Positions 63,318 through 64,000 of a stretch of 64,000 nt of DNA are shown here, in pieces. The notes beneath the pieces were generated by a model that was not told the origin of the DNA, did no database searches, and saw only the letters and a list, made by a program, of their open reading frames with translations. The first letter of the stretch is position 1. Each line of letters opens with the position of its first letter. The position numbers and the translations under genes are program-made. The stretch is from the sequence record NC_048792.1. The stretch is one strand, 5' to 3'.

Positions 63318-64000
63318 ATGAAAACAACTGTAAAAGAGTTAACCAAAAATGTCTATCTGGTCACCTTCGATCTGTTCGAGGCCAGTAGAATGATGAACAT
63401 GTCCTACTCGGATATGCAATCATTATTCTGCCAACTGCGTAACATGAACGTCGGTAAAGATGACATGTATGGTCGGGTTATTAACAACCACCAACGTGCT
63501 CAGTACAACGGTCATGACCACTACGACTTCACTTGCTCACCGGACTTCATAATCCGGACAAGTGGTATTCGCATGGATAGCGAAGAGGCCATTGTCTCTA
63601 TCAAGTTGGAAGTGCTCAACGAACACGCGTTCCCTGCCTCTGCTGCTGAATTCGCTACCTACTTTAACGAGTACGGTTGGCGCTTCGTACCACGTTGCTT
63701 CTACGTGAACTACGAAGTCGAAGATGCTAAGTTTGAAAACCCAATTCGCTCTTACGTCGGTCAGCCTAAAGAACTGACCAAAGGCTGGGTTAAGGACGAA
63801 GGCGTCAACTATAGAACTATCGATATTTGGATCGATGATGAAACTGGTACTGAGCTTGGCGAGAATCCAGAGGAAGATATCGGCGTGTCGGATTCCGACG
63901 AGCGTAACCCAGTAATCATCGTCGATCAGACCCATTCTGAAATCATCAAAATGATGCTCTGCTCCGGTTATAATTTCTCTACTGTCATCGACGGTAAAGA
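63318..64000 (+). CDS. Hypothetical protein (3' truncated by the window)
   Basis: SD AGGAG; frame open to the window end: MKTTVKELTKNVYLVTF...RFVPRCF...RTIDIW. Confidence 0.8.
   Translation, partial: MKTTVKELTKNVYLVTFDLFEASRMMNMSYSDMQSLFCQLRNMNVGKDDMYGRVINNHQRAQYNGHDHYDFTCSPDFIIRTSGIRMDSEEAIVSIKLEVLNEHAFPASAAEFATYFNEYGWRFVPRCFYVNYEVEDAKFENPIRSYVGQPKELTKGWVKDEGVNYRTIDIWIDDETGTELGENPEEDIGVSDSDERNPVIIVDQTHSEIIKMMLCSGYNFSTVIDGK

Noticed and set aside
1-64000. CRISPR array, DGR repeats, integrase/transposase, stop-codon recoding
   Set aside because: No regularly spaced direct repeats, no reverse transcriptase or recombinase motifs, and recognisable genes are full length under the standard code

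Overview
This window is part of a large lytic dsDNA phage genome, most likely a phiKZ-like (Chimalliviridae-type) jumbo phage with an enterobacterial host; the taxonomy and host are inferred. The assignment rests on four observations. (i) A repeated early-promoter motif CTATATyAC-N5-TGAAT, resembling the phiKZ TATATTAC early consensus, precedes 8 transcription units. (ii) A TATGA motif, resembling the phiKZ late TATG consensus, precedes most structural genes. (iii) An internal-head-type protein has an acidic propeptide with S/A-x-E cleavage motifs. (iv) Several virion proteins carry the N-terminal module typical of phiKZ-like phages. The window has two late/structural blocks (1-16.4 kb with an early insert at 9.2-12.2 kb, and 58.5-62.6 kb on the minus strand). 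Together they encode at least 6 tailspike/fibre proteins and 2 paralogous beta-helix virion proteins. Between them lies about 42 kb of densely packed, mostly plus-strand early/accessory genes separated by many intrinsic terminators. Recognisable enzymes are dUTPase (with an unusual duplicated C-terminal domain), ThyA, DHFR, thymidine kinase, PhoH, an SspB-like ClpX adaptor, a RelA/SpoT-type HD hydrolase, a BCS1-like AAA+ ATPase, a NADAR-like protein and an ADP-ribosyltransferase-like protein. The most novel-looking items are a family of six diverged secreted proteins (five share an exact C-X22-C motif), a 38-aa very acidic peptide in its own early transcription unit, and the dUTPase extension. 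I found no tRNA, rRNA, CRISPR array, integrase or transposase. All family calls come from motif recognition by eye, not from database searches.
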